This document shows positions 31,121 to 39,995 of a DNA stretch of 64,000 nucleotides, one piece after another (the stretch's first letter is position 1; every line of letters begins with the position of its first letter). Made by a program: the position numbers and the translations under genes. The DNA is taken from positions 2,080,001 through 2,144,000 of the forward strand of contig OZ241907.1 in the NCBI GenBank assembly GCA_965203515.1. Reading direction: 5' to 3'. The notes below the pieces were generated by a model, which was given only the letters and a program-made list of their open reading frames with translations, did not search any database and was not told the DNA's origin. This DNA comes from Spirochaetia bacterium (GTDB lineage Bacteria; Spirochaetota; Spirochaetia; SZUA-6; Bin103).

Positions 31121-32094
31121 CCGGCCACGTCGATCGGCGCGCCGCCGCGCCGGGCCGACTCCCAGCCGGCCAGCACCGGCGCCAGCGTGCGGAGACCGTC
31201 ATGATAGTCGTTCAGGAGCGCGCTGCCGTCGCCGGTTCGGACCGCTTCGCAGAAGCGGCGGTCGAGCTCGAACCACGGATTGAAGTCCTGCGCCTCGTAC
31301 ACCGTGCGGCCGTTCATCTCGATGCGCTCGTAGCCGTGCACGCCGAGATAGCCGCCCTCGAAGCAGATCAGGAAATAGGGCTCGCCGGCGGGACCGCCGG
31401 AACCGGCGCAGACGAACGTCACGGTCATGGTCGCGCCGCCGGTCATGGCGAAGTTGCACGACGCCGACAGCGGCGTCCGGTACGGCGGGCGCTCGGCCAT
31501 GAACGCCTGCGCGGTCGTGACGTCCAGGCCGCTCATGAACCGGCAGTAGTCGACGGCGTGCGGTCCCCAGTCGAAGAAGGCCGATCCGTAGCTGCTCAGG
31601 TACGGATCGGCGGCATCCTGCGCCGGCAGCTCGCGGAAGCTCTGGAAGCGGAGGTGGACGATCCGCTTGCCGGCGAGCAGCCGCCGCGCCTCCCGGAAGA
31701 TCGGCCGATAGCGCTCGCGGAAGCCGACGGTCGACAGCACGCCCCCGCGGCGCACCGCCGCGTCGATCCGGCGCGCGGTCTCCATCTCGGTCGCCTGCGG
31801 CTTCTCGCTGAACAGGTGGATGCCGCGCTCGGCGGCGGTCGCCTCCACGTCGCCCCGCGCGGCGGCCGGCACGATCGACCAGAGCGCGTCGAGCGCTTCG
31901 CCGTCCAGCATCGCCATGCCGTCGGTGTACACGCCGGGAACGTCGAAGCGCGCGGCCGTGTCGCGCGCCGCCTGCGGGTCGACGTCGCAGACCGCCACCA
32001 CGCGCACGCCGTCGATGCGCGTCAGGTTCGGCAGGTGCTGGCGGTTGGCGAAGTTGCCGGCCCCGTAGACGCCGACGCGCAGCGGGCCGCGCAA
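31105..32094 (-). CDS. Gfo/Idh/MocA family oxidoreductase
   Basis: LRVGVYGAG, EKP, DWGPHAVD. Confidence 0.88.
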   Translation of the reverse strand: MRGPLRVGVYGAGNFANRQHLPNLTRIDGVRVVAVCDVDPQAARDTAARFDVPGVYTDGMAMLDGEALDALWSIVPAAARGDVEATAAERGIHLFSEKPQATEMETARRIDAAVRRGGVLSTVGFRERYRPIFREARRLLAGKRIVHLRFQSFRELPAQDAADPYLSSYGSAFFDWGPHAVDYCRFMSGLDVTTAQAFMAERPPYRTPLSASCNFAMTGGATMTVTFVCAGSGGPAGEPYFLICFEGGYLGVHGYERIEMNGRTVYEAQDFNPWFELDRRFCEAVRTGDGSALLNDYHDGLRTLAPVLAGWESARRGGAPIDVAGYLRG

Positions 32095-32098
32095 CGCC

Positions 32099-33082
32099 CT
32101 ACTCGTCGTCGACCGCCTGCAGGAGGGCGTGGATGTAGCCGTAGGTATACGCGAACCCGACCTGCTGCGGCTCGGCGCCGGACAGGCCGGGGACGTGATC
32201 GGGCATGATCATGTACCGGTAGCCGACCTCCTTGAGGGTCCTGAGCGCCTTGAGCATGTCGACGTCGCCCTCGTCGGGAAAGACCTCCACGAAGTTCCCC
32301 AGACCTCCCTTGACGTTGCGGAAGTGGATGTTGAAGAGCTTGCCGCGTTCGCCGAAATAGCGGATGACGTCGTAGACCTCCGCTCCCGGATTCTCCAGGG
32401 ACTCCGCCATGCAGCCTATGCAGAAGTTGAGGCCGTTATACGGGCTGTCGTAGAGCTCGATCAGCTTCTCGAAGCCGCGGGCCATGCCCAGCACGCGGGC
32501 GACGCCGCGGTATTCGACCCCGTAGCCGATGCCGGGATCGGACGGATGGCACGCCATCTGCACCCGGTACTCCTCGGCCACCGGCATGATGTTCCGCAGC
32601 CAGTGGTCGATGCGCTCCCACATCGTGTCCTCGTCGGCGGCGCCGCCCTCGAACGTGCCGAGCGACCGGTCGAGCTTGTCGATCTCGAACGATGACAGCG
32701 TGGCGCCGCCGCGCCCGTAGCGCGGCTCGGTGCGCAGGTGCCCGAGCAGCGTGACGTTGTAGTTGAGCCCGCGCAGCCCGGCCTCCGCCGCCATCCGCAC
32801 CGTCTCGCACATGCGCTCGATCTGCCGGTCGCGCGCATCGCCGGGCCCCAGGAAGATCGCCCCCGCCTCGTTCTCCAGGGCGCTCTTCGACCCCAGCGGC
32901 ACGTGGATCATCTCCAGGTCGATGCCGTACCGGGCAAAGCGGTCGCGCATGCCCTTCAGCAGGTCGGCCGTCCAGTCCCGCCACGGCGCCGTCGGCGTCT
33001 GGTCGACGTGCCGGACGCCAAGCTGCGCGAGCACCTCGATATCGGCGTCGTGCCGGCACCGGAACTGCGTGCCCAGGTACAT
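32099..33082 (-). CDS. uxuA: Mannonate dehydratase family protein
   Basis: MACHPSDP, NGLNFCIG, IHFRNV, EVFPDEGDVDM, MPDHVP. Confidence 0.85.
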   Translation of the reverse strand: MYLGTQFRCRHDADIEVLAQLGVRHVDQTPTAPWRDWTADLLKGMRDRFARYGIDLEMIHVPLGSKSALENEAGAIFLGPGDARDRQIERMCETVRMAAEAGLRGLNYNVTLLGHLRTEPRYGRGGATLSSFEIDKLDRSLGTFEGGAADEDTMWERIDHWLRNIMPVAEEYRVQMACHPSDPGIGYGVEYRGVARVLGMARGFEKLIELYDSPYNGLNFCIGCMAESLENPGAEVYDVIRYFGERGKLFNIHFRNVKGGLGNFVEVFPDEGDVDMLKALRTLKEVGYRYMIMPDHVPGLSGAEPQQVGFAYTYGYIHALLQAVDDE

Positions 33083-33092
33083 CGCGGCTCCG

Positions 33093-33392
33093 TCAGCCGG
33101 CGATCACCCGCGCGAGCTCCGCCGGCGAGATGCGGTGATGGCTCAGCACGGTGGTGGCGGCGTCCCGCTCGATCTTGAGGAGCTGCGGCGACTCGTGGCG
33201 CACGCCGTATCGCTTCGCCACCTGATCGGAAAGCCGGCGCTGCTCGATCACGTCGACCCAGTAGACCGGCAGATCGAAGTCCGTGCGCTCCACCACCCGG
33301 GCCGCGGCGGCCGATACCGGGCAGGCGGTCGAATGCTTGTAGACGTAGCAGTCGGCAGGCAGCTTCGTCCTCTTCTCCATCCGCTCGATCAT
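33093..33392 (-). CDS. ytxJ: YtxJ/BrxC thioredoxin-like protein
   Basis: KHSTACPVS and VRHESPQ, SHHRI. Confidence 0.85.
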   Translation of the reverse strand: MIERMEKRTKLPADCYVYKHSTACPVSAAAARVVERTDFDLPVYWVDVIEQRRLSDQVAKRYGVRHESPQLLKIERDAATTVLSHHRISPAELARVIAG

Positions 33393-33435
33393 CGCAGCCT
33401 CCTCACCGGCCGAATCGGCGTCCTCCGACGCCGCG

Positions 33436-33885
33436 TCAGCATACCACGGGAGGAGGAAGCACGGACCACCCGCCGCTGCCGGGCCGCTCGAAGGAGGCCC
33501 GCACCGTGATGGAGATGCCGCCGCGCACGCTGAAGGCGCCGGTCACCTGGCAGGCGATCGGCCGCAGCGCGGCGACCAGGTCGTCCAGGATGCGGTTGGT
33601 CACGTGTTCGTGGAAGGTCCCCTCATTGCGATACGACCACAGGTACAGCTTCAGCGACTTGGACTCCACGACCCGCTGGTCCGGGACGTACCGGATCGAG
33701 ATGACGGCGAAGTCCGGCTGCCCGGTGATCGGGCATACGCAGGTGAACTCCGGGCACTCCAGGCTGACCAGGTAGGAGCGGCCCGGGTGGCGGTTGGGGA
33801 ACGTCTCCAGCGTCCGGGAAGGCTCGGCCGCGCCGCCCGCGCCCAGCAGGGTCAACTCGCCGTCGGGGGACCGGTCGTCAGCCAT
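33436..33885 (-). CDS. queF: preQ1 synthase (type I QueF)
   Basis: EFTCVCPITGQPDFA, ESKSLKLYLWSYRN, FHE, RGGI. Confidence 0.93.
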   Translation of the reverse strand: MADDRSPDGELTLLGAGGAAEPSRTLETFPNRHPGRSYLVSLECPEFTCVCPITGQPDFAVISIRYVPDQRVVESKSLKLYLWSYRNEGTFHEHVTNRILDDLVAALRPIACQVTGAFSVRGGISITVRASFERPGSGGWSVLPPPVVC

Positions 33886-34579
33886 CGGCGCGGAGGCCGA
33901 AGCGCAGCGGCGTGAAGTCGGTCCTGGCATCGAAGTGGTCGAGCCCTTCGCGCCGCTTCAGCCAGCCGACCACGGCGTAGGTGAGCGGCGTGGCGATCGC
34001 CTCGTAGGCGACCTTGAACAACCACTGCGCCACCACCAGCCACAGCACCTGATCGGCCGGGAGGACTCCCAGGAAGGCGACCGTGATGAAGACGCCGGAA
34101 TCGACCAGTTGGCCCACGACGGTGCTGCCGACCGTGCGCAGCCACAGCAGCCGGCCCGAGGTGGCCACCTTGAGCTTGGCGAGCACGAACGAGTTGACGA
34201 ACTCGCCCATCAGGTAGGCCAGGAAGGAGGCGGCGACGATGCGCGGCACTGCGCCCAGCGTGCGCACGTAGGCGTCCTGGCCGTCCCAGAAGCCGGCCGG
34301 CGGCAGCGCGCCGCCGATGGCGATCGCGGCCACGGCCACCGCGTTGCAGCCAAAGCCGATCCAGATCACCCGGCGGCAGCGCTGGTAGCCGTACACCTCC
34401 GTCAGCACGTCGCCCAGGATGTAGGTCAAGGGAAACAGGATCACGGCCGCGGGCAGCACCACGGCCGGGGTGAAGGCGACCAGCTTGCCGGCGATGACGT
34501 TCGACACCACCAGCGTGGTCACGAACAGGGCGGTGATGGCGTCGAGGTAGCGAGGGCGGGCGGACTGCGGGTCCATCAA
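33878..34579 (-). CDS. yhhQ: Queuosine precursor transporter (YhhQ/Vut1)
   Basis: SNVIAGK, DVLTEVYG, RIVAASFLAY, RTVGST. Confidence 0.9.
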   Translation of the reverse strand: MMDPQSARPRYLDAITALFVTTLVVSNVIAGKLVAFTPAVVLPAAVILFPLTYILGDVLTEVYGYQRCRRVIWIGFGCNAVAVAAIAIGGALPPAGFWDGQDAYVRTLGAVPRIVAASFLAYLMGEFVNSFVLAKLKVATSGRLLWLRTVGSTVVGQLVDSGVFITVAFLGVLPADQVLWLVVAQWLFKVAYEAIATPLTYAVVGWLKRREGLDHFDARTDFTPLRFGLRADG

Positions 34580-34673
34580 GGCAGCCTACCCGCGCCGATC
34601 GACCGCGCGCAAGAACGCATGACCGCGGCGGGACGCGCGCGGTATCATGGACGAACGGCAAAGGAGTACCGCG

Positions 34674-35774
34674 GTGGCGACACCTCACGACCTGACGCGA
34701 CTGGGCCAGGCGGTCTGGCTCGACTTCATCCAGCGCAGCTTCCTGCGCGACGGGGGGCTTTCCCGGCTGGTAGCCGAGGGCGTGCGCGGGGTCACGTCCA
34801 ACCCAACCATCTTTCAGAAGGCGATCGGCGAAAGCGACGACTACGACCGGCAACTCCGGGAGGTGGCGCGCGGCGCGTCCGCCGAGGAGGCGTACGAGGC
34901 GCTGGCGATCGCCGACATCGCGCGCGCGTGCGACGAGCTGCGGCCGGTATACGATCGGCTCGACGGCCGTGACGGGTTCGTGAGCCTGGAGGTGAGCCCG
35001 GCGCTCGCCCACGATACGGCGGGAACCGTGGCGGCGGCCAAGCGGCTGGCGGCCGCGGTCGGCCGGCCCAACCTCATGATCAAGGTGCCGGGCACCGGCG
35101 CCGGGGTTCCGGCGATCGCGGAGCTGATCGGCGCCGGCGTCAACGTCAACGTCACGCTGCTGTTCTCGCTGGCCGACTATCAGGCGGTGGCGGCCGCCTA
35201 CCTGGTCGGACTCGCCGCGCTCGCCCGGCGCGGCCCGACGGTACCGGGCGGCCACGGCATCGATCGGATCGGATCGGTGGCGTCGTTCTTCGTGAGCCGC
35301 GTCGATACCGCCGTCGACGCCGCGCTGCCGGACGACTCGCCGTTGCGCGGCACCGCCGCGGTCGCCAACGCCAAGCTCGCCTACGCGGCGTTCCGGTCGA
35401 TCTACTCCGGTGAGCGCTGGCAGACGCTGACCGCCGCCGGCGCCCGCCCGCAGCGCCTGCTGTGGGCCAGCACCGGCGCCAAGAACCCCGCCTACTCGCC
35501 CACCAAGTACGTGGACGAGCTGATCGGCCCCGACACCGTCAACACCATGCCGCCGGACACGCTGACCGCCTTCCGGGCCGCCGGCACGGCCGCCGCCACG
35601 TTGACCGCCGGCGTGGACGAGGCGCGCCGGCAGCTCGACCGGCTGGCCGCCGCCGGGGTCGACCTCGACCGGGTGACCGCCGATCTGCAGCAGGCCGGCG
35701 TGGCGGCGTTCGCCGACTCTTTCGACGCTCTGCTCGCGTCGGTCGATCACAAGCGAGCCGAGCTGGCCGCTTGA
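34674..35774 (+). CDS. tal: Transaldolase
   Basis: [54 protein letters not shown] before GTG. Confidence 0.93.
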   Translation: MATPHDLTRLGQAVWLDFIQRSFLRDGGLSRLVAEGVRGVTSNPTIFQKAIGESDDYDRQLREVARGASAEEAYEALAIADIARACDELRPVYDRLDGRDGFVSLEVSPALAHDTAGTVAAAKRLAAAVGRPNLMIKVPGTGAGVPAIAELIGAGVNVNVTLLFSLADYQAVAAAYLVGLAALARRGPTVPGGHGIDRIGSVASFFVSRVDTAVDAALPDDSPLRGTAAVANAKLAYAAFRSIYSGERWQTLTAAGARPQRLLWASTGAKNPAYSPTKYVDELIGPDTVNTMPPDTLTAFRAAGTAAATLTAGVDEARRQLDRLAAAGVDLDRVTADLQQAGVAAFADSFDALLASVDHKRAELAA

Positions 35775-37450
35775 CGTTCCTCTGCAACCCCGCCTCCCTG
35801 ACGGCGGAGCTCCGGGCGTGCGAGCGGCGCCTGCGCGCCGAGCGGATCGGCGCACGGCTGCGCGCGCGCGACCACACGATCTGGAATCCCGATCCGACCG
35901 AGATCGCCGACCGCCTGGGTTGGCTGACCCTGCCGGCGGCCATGCGCGCGGAGCTGCCCGCGATCGAACGGATCGCCGCCGGCGCGCGGGCGGCCGGCCT
36001 GCGCCGCGCGCTGCTGCTGGGCATGGGCGGCTCCAGTCTGGCCCCGGAGGTATTCAGCCGCGTGCTGGGCAGCCGGCCCGGCTACCTGCGCCTGCGCGTG
36101 CTCGACAGCACCCACCCCGACGCGGTGCGCGCCGCGGCGGCCGATGCGCCGCCGGAGCGGACGCTGATCATCGTGGCGACCAAGTCGGGCGGCACGGTGG
36201 AGACGATCAGCCTGTTCCGCTATCTGTACACGTGGCTGGAGCGGCGGCTGGGCCGCGCCGCGGCGCAGGAGCGCGTGGTCGCCATCACCGATCCGGGCTC
36301 CGGCCTGGAGCGCGAGGCGCGGCAGCTCGGCGCCGCGCACGTGCTGTACGGCGACCCGGAGGTGGGCGGCCGGTACTCGGCGCTGTCCGCCTTCGGCCTG
36401 GCGCCGGCGGCGCTCATGGGCGTCGACGTCGGGCGGCTGCTCGACGCCGCGGCCGCGGAGGCCGCGCAGCCGCTCGAGGAGAGCGCCGGATTCCGGCTGG
36501 GCGCCCTGCTGGGCGCCGCCGAACGGACCGGACGGGACAAGCTGACGCTGCGCGCGCCGGCGGCCCTGGCGCCGCTCGGCGCCTGGATCGAACAGCTCGT
36601 GGCGGAGAGCACCGGCAAGGACGGCCGCGGCATCCTGCCGGTGGACGGCGAGCCGGCGCTCGACCCCGACCGCTATCCGGCCGATCGGGTCTTCGCCGTC
36701 CACCGCCTCGGCACCGAGCCGGCGGACCGCCTCGACGCGCTCGGCGACGCCGGGCACCCGGTCGCCGAGTGCGTGCTCGATTCGCTCGACGAGCTCGGCG
36801 CGCTCATGTACCGGTGGGAGATCGCCACCGCGGTGGCGGGCGCCGTGATCGGCATCAACCCGTTCGACCAACCGAACGTGGAGGCGGCCAAGGTAAGCGC
36901 CCGCCGCATGGTCGACGCCTACCGCGCCGGCGGCGCGCTGCCGGCGCCGGCGCCGACCGCGGCCGCCGGCGGCCTGACCCTGTACGGCGACGGGGGGCCG
37001 GAAGCGGCGGACCTGCCCGGCGCGCTGGCGGCCTTCCTGCAGCCGGCGGCCGGCGCGGACGGCGGCTACGTCGCGCTCCACGCCTATCTGCCGCCGACGG
37101 CCGCCACCGACGCGGCGCTGCTGCGGCTGCGGCGGCGCATCCTGGCGCGCTGCGGCGTCGCCGTGACCTGCGGCTACGGCCCGCGCTTCCTGCACTCGAC
37201 CGGCCAGTTGCACAAGGGCGACGCCGGCGCCGGATCGTTCATCCAGCTCACGGCCGATCTGCGGGACGACCTGCCGATTCCGGATCGGGCCGGTGAGGAG
37301 GCCGGCTCGCTGTCGTTCGGCGTGCTGATCGAGGCGCAGGCGCTCGGCGACCGGCAGGCGCTGCTCGACGCCGGGCGGCGGGTGCTCCGCATCGGCCTGG
37401 GCGCGGAGCCGGTCGCCGGGCTCGACGCTCTGGCGGCGGCGATTCGCTGA
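35771..37450 (+). CDS. pgi: Glucose-6-phosphate isomerase (type usually fused to Tal, here a separate gene)
   Basis: [47 protein letters not shown] overlap with tal. Confidence 0.88.
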   Translation: MTFLCNPASLTAELRACERRLRAERIGARLRARDHTIWNPDPTEIADRLGWLTLPAAMRAELPAIERIAAGARAAGLRRALLLGMGGSSLAPEVFSRVLGSRPGYLRLRVLDSTHPDAVRAAAADAPPERTLIIVATKSGGTVETISLFRYLYTWLERRLGRAAAQERVVAITDPGSGLEREARQLGAAHVLYGDPEVGGRYSALSAFGLAPAALMGVDVGRLLDAAAAEAAQPLEESAGFRLGALLGAAERTGRDKLTLRAPAALAPLGAWIEQLVAESTGKDGRGILPVDGEPALDPDRYPADRVFAVHRLGTEPADRLDALGDAGHPVAECVLDSLDELGALMYRWEIATAVAGAVIGINPFDQPNVEAAKVSARRMVDAYRAGGALPAPAPTAAAGGLTLYGDGGPEAADLPGALAAFLQPAAGADGGYVALHAYLPPTAATDAALLRLRRRILARCGVAVTCGYGPRFLHSTGQLHKGDAGAGSFIQLTADLRDDLPIPDRAGEEAGSLSFGVLIEAQALGDRQALLDAGRRVLRIGLGAEPVAGLDALAAAIR

Positions 37451-37475
37451 TGGCGATCCGCCGATGGGGCGGCCG

Positions 37476-37958
37476 ATGACCGACTTCGACCCCCGGCGGC
37501 AGCGCCGCATCATGGGGATGTTCGCCACCGGCGTGTCGGTGGTGACCACCGGGCAACGGGACGCCGGCTGGGCGATGACCGCCAACTCGATCCTGTCGCT
37601 GTCGCTGTCGCCGCCGCTGATCCTGTTTGCGGTCGACCTGCGCAACGCCATGCGCGACCGGCTCACCGAAGCGGCGACGTTTGCGGTCAACATCCTGCGC
37701 CGCGACCAGGAAGCGCTGTCGCAGCGCTTCGCCACGCCCGGTCCCAAGAGCCTGGATGGCGTCGCGCTGCGCACGGCGGCGACCGGCGCGCCGGTATTCC
37801 GCGACGCGCTGGCGTGGGTCGACTGCCGGCTCACCGAGCGGTTGCCGGGCGGAGATCACGAGATCTTCATCGGCCGGATCGTCGCCGGGGAAGCCGATGC
37901 CGGCGACCCGCTGCTGTTCTTCGGCGGCGGCTACCGCGGCATCGCGCCCGCATCGTGA
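37476..37958 (+). CDS. Flavin reductase family protein
   Basis: FATGVSVVT, SLSPPLI, GDHEIFIG. Confidence 0.9.
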   Translation: MTDFDPRRQRRIMGMFATGVSVVTTGQRDAGWAMTANSILSLSLSPPLILFAVDLRNAMRDRLTEAATFAVNILRRDQEALSQRFATPGPKSLDGVALRTAATGAPVFRDALAWVDCRLTERLPGGDHEIFIGRIVAGEADAGDPLLFFGGGYRGIAPAS

Positions 37959-37973
37959 AGGTTCGGGCAACCG

Positions 37974-38306
37974 TCATTCCCTCTGCCTCTCTTCTTCGTC
38001 TTCTTCGTCTCTTTCGTCCGTCTGAAGCCGGATATATCCATCGTATTGGCTGTCGGAGCCGTCCATCTCCGACCAATGAATCCGAAATCCTCCCCTCTCG
38101 ACGATCTTCCTGAGACCGCTGCCCACCGCCAACACCACGACAGTAGGTGGAACTGACGACGGAACGCCTTCGACGTGTATCACAAAGCCTCCATCGTCGT
38201 CGGCTCCCGGGCGGTCAATCATAGACTCACGGTCTACCACGTATCCCGTCGCGCTACCCGTCGGTGTCACCTTGACAACTACAGTCATACAGCTCAGTAT
38301 AGTCAC
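37974..38306 (-). CDS. Small acidic hypothetical protein (doubtful)
   Basis: Lower-GC ORF with an acidic tail. No clear RBS or family motif. Confidence 0.3.
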   Translation of the reverse strand: MTILSCMTVVVKVTPTGSATGYVVDRESMIDRPGADDDGGFVIHVEGVPSSVPPTVVVLAVGSGLRKIVERGGFRIHWSEMDGSDSQYDGYIRLQTDERDEEDEEERQRE

Positions 38307-38501
38307 TTATCGTAAAGTGTAAAGTTACCACCGGATGCCGGTGGTGTGCAGCGCCAGTTCGCGTTCCCGTGGCAGCCACCCGCACACTCCGCGCGGTTTC
38401 GGCGTCGCGCGGCACGACAAAGTCGGCGGCGAACGCACCAGCCGCCCCTCAGACCCGTCCAGCTAGGCTAGGCTAGACAACGGCATGTAATCGGATCAGT
38501 C

Positions 38502-38662
38502 CTTCAAATAGTGCCGCGCATTCTCGCGCGGCTCGTGACGACCCCGATCACCGAGGAGAAGTCCGAACTCCCGGCGCTGTCTCAATAGGCCGCGCGTTTC
38601 GCGCGGCTGGTGGCCTCCCGTTTGGGGGGACTGCAGGAGGGCGTCGATGGAATTCGTTTCAA
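38502..38662 (-). CRISPR. Degenerate trailer end of the CRISPR array, cut off by ISL3: 2 degenerate repeats, 2 spacers and a 7-nt repeat stub
   Basis: Degenerate repeats at 38502-38539 and 38579-38614; stub gtttcaa at 38656-38662; ~77-nt period preserved. Confidence 0.85.
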
Positions 38663-39994
38663 GGGTCTTCAGGCTTTCGTGTGGACGAGGTGGTCACGGC
38701 CGACACCGGCAGGGTAGAGGTCAAGACCGCCGAGGTGAAAGTAGATGGCGTTGCGGAACCTCTGCCGGTTGCGAAAGCCGCGCGCTGCGTACTTCAACCT
38801 CTGCACCCCCGCGTTGATCGACTCCGCCCGCGCGTTGCTCACCCCCTGCACCACCGCCGTCACGATCCCTTCCAGATGACGCTTGACCATCCGCGCTACC
38901 CGCTTGACCGGCTCCAGACGACACCGGATCGCCGACCGGTACCACGCCTGCCACGCCTTGCGCGCCCACCCGCGAGAGCGGTACTTCCACAGCGTCATCG
39001 CATGTTCCTTGTAGCCCCAGGCGCGCGCGGTCTGCAGCGCGCTGTCCCGCAAGTCAGCGAACTGCCGCCAACGCTCGGCATCCATGTGCTCGGGGTTGGT
39101 CAGCCACGCATAGCGGCTGCCCTTCAGCCGATCATCACCGCTGCCGGCCAGCCGGCGGCTCTCGGCTCGCCGTACCTGGTCAACGGCGTTGCCGAGGTGC
39201 CGGGCGACGTGGAACTTGTCGAACGCGATCTTGAGCTCCGCGTCCGGCACGTAGGCGGCGGTCGCGATGATGTACGGCTCCCACATGTCCATGGCGACCG
39301 TCTCGACGCCAGCCAACTGCTCATGGTCAAACTGCTGGTAGAACTCCTCCAACACCTCCTTGCGGCGGCCATCGGCCACATGCACGACGTGCCCGTCCAG
39401 ATCGTTGATCACCGTCACGTACTCATGGCGCTTCTGAAACGACGTCTCGTCCACGCCGATCCGCGGCGGCAGCTGCACCGCACGCCGTTGTAAGCCGCGG
39501 TGCACGGCTCGTTGCATCACTCCGTCGACCTCGTCCCAGCTGAGCCGCATCTGCTGCGCCACCGCCGCGATCGTGGCGTGCTGCAGCCAGTCGATCACGA
39601 CCGCCTCGCACAGCGCGGTCAGCCGCGATCGGCCTTCGCTCCACGGCACCTCGATCTGCTTGACCCCGTGCTGCCGGCACTGAGACCGCGGTACGTCGGC
39701 AGCCAGAACCGTGCGGTACTGGCAGGTGTCCAGATGGCGCCACCGCCGTTGCCGGCTGTCGTAGCGGCGCGCGGCTTGGCCGCAGTGCGGGCAGGTGAGC
39801 GGCCCGCCGTGCTCGACGTGGACCACGATCTCGCCCTGCTGAAGGTTCAGTTCGACGTCGGCCACTCGCCACGGTGCCTCGACGCCCAGAATCCTGCCGT
39901 ACAGTTCCTTGTCACGCATGGCGCCAGCGTAGCCTCGCTGGCGGCGCCACCGCCACCGTCAGGGCGCCCTACCCACACGAAACCCGGAAGCCCC
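38663..39994 (-). mobile_element. ISL3-family insertion sequence (1332 bp) inserted in a CRISPR repeat
   Basis: 22-bp terminal IRs, gggtcttcaggctttcgtgtgg versus ggggcttccgggtttcgtgtgg (19/22). 8-bp target duplication cgtttcaa at 38655-38662 and 39995-40002. Confidence 0.95.
38669..39919 (-). CDS. ISL3 transposase
   Basis: CPHCG zinc finger, IGVDETSF, VAMDMW, FDKFHV, SNARAESIN, ARGFRN. Confidence 0.95.
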   Translation of the reverse strand: MRDKELYGRILGVEAPWRVADVELNLQQGEIVVHVEHGGPLTCPHCGQAARRYDSRQRRWRHLDTCQYRTVLAADVPRSQCRQHGVKQIEVPWSEGRSRLTALCEAVVIDWLQHATIAAVAQQMRLSWDEVDGVMQRAVHRGLQRRAVQLPPRIGVDETSFQKRHEYVTVINDLDGHVVHVADGRRKEVLEEFYQQFDHEQLAGVETVAMDMWEPYIIATAAYVPDAELKIAFDKFHVARHLGNAVDQVRRAESRRLAGSGDDRLKGSRYAWLTNPEHMDAERWRQFADLRDSALQTARAWGYKEHAMTLWKYRSRGWARKAWQAWYRSAIRCRLEPVKRVARMVKRHLEGIVTAVVQGVSNARAESINAGVQRLKYAARGFRNRQRFRNAIYFHLGGLDLYPAGVGRDHLVHTKA

Positions 39995-39995
39995 C

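Noticed and set aside
34580..34660. Possible preQ1 riboswitch upstream of yhhQ-queF
   Set aside because: No AGAGGUUCUAG-like loop or A-rich tail; the region is short and GC-rich.
38553..38572. gaggagaagtccgaactcc resembles the RNase P RNA motif GAGGAAAGUCC
   Set aside because: It lies within a 39-nt spacer, the match is imperfect, and no other rnpB elements are present.
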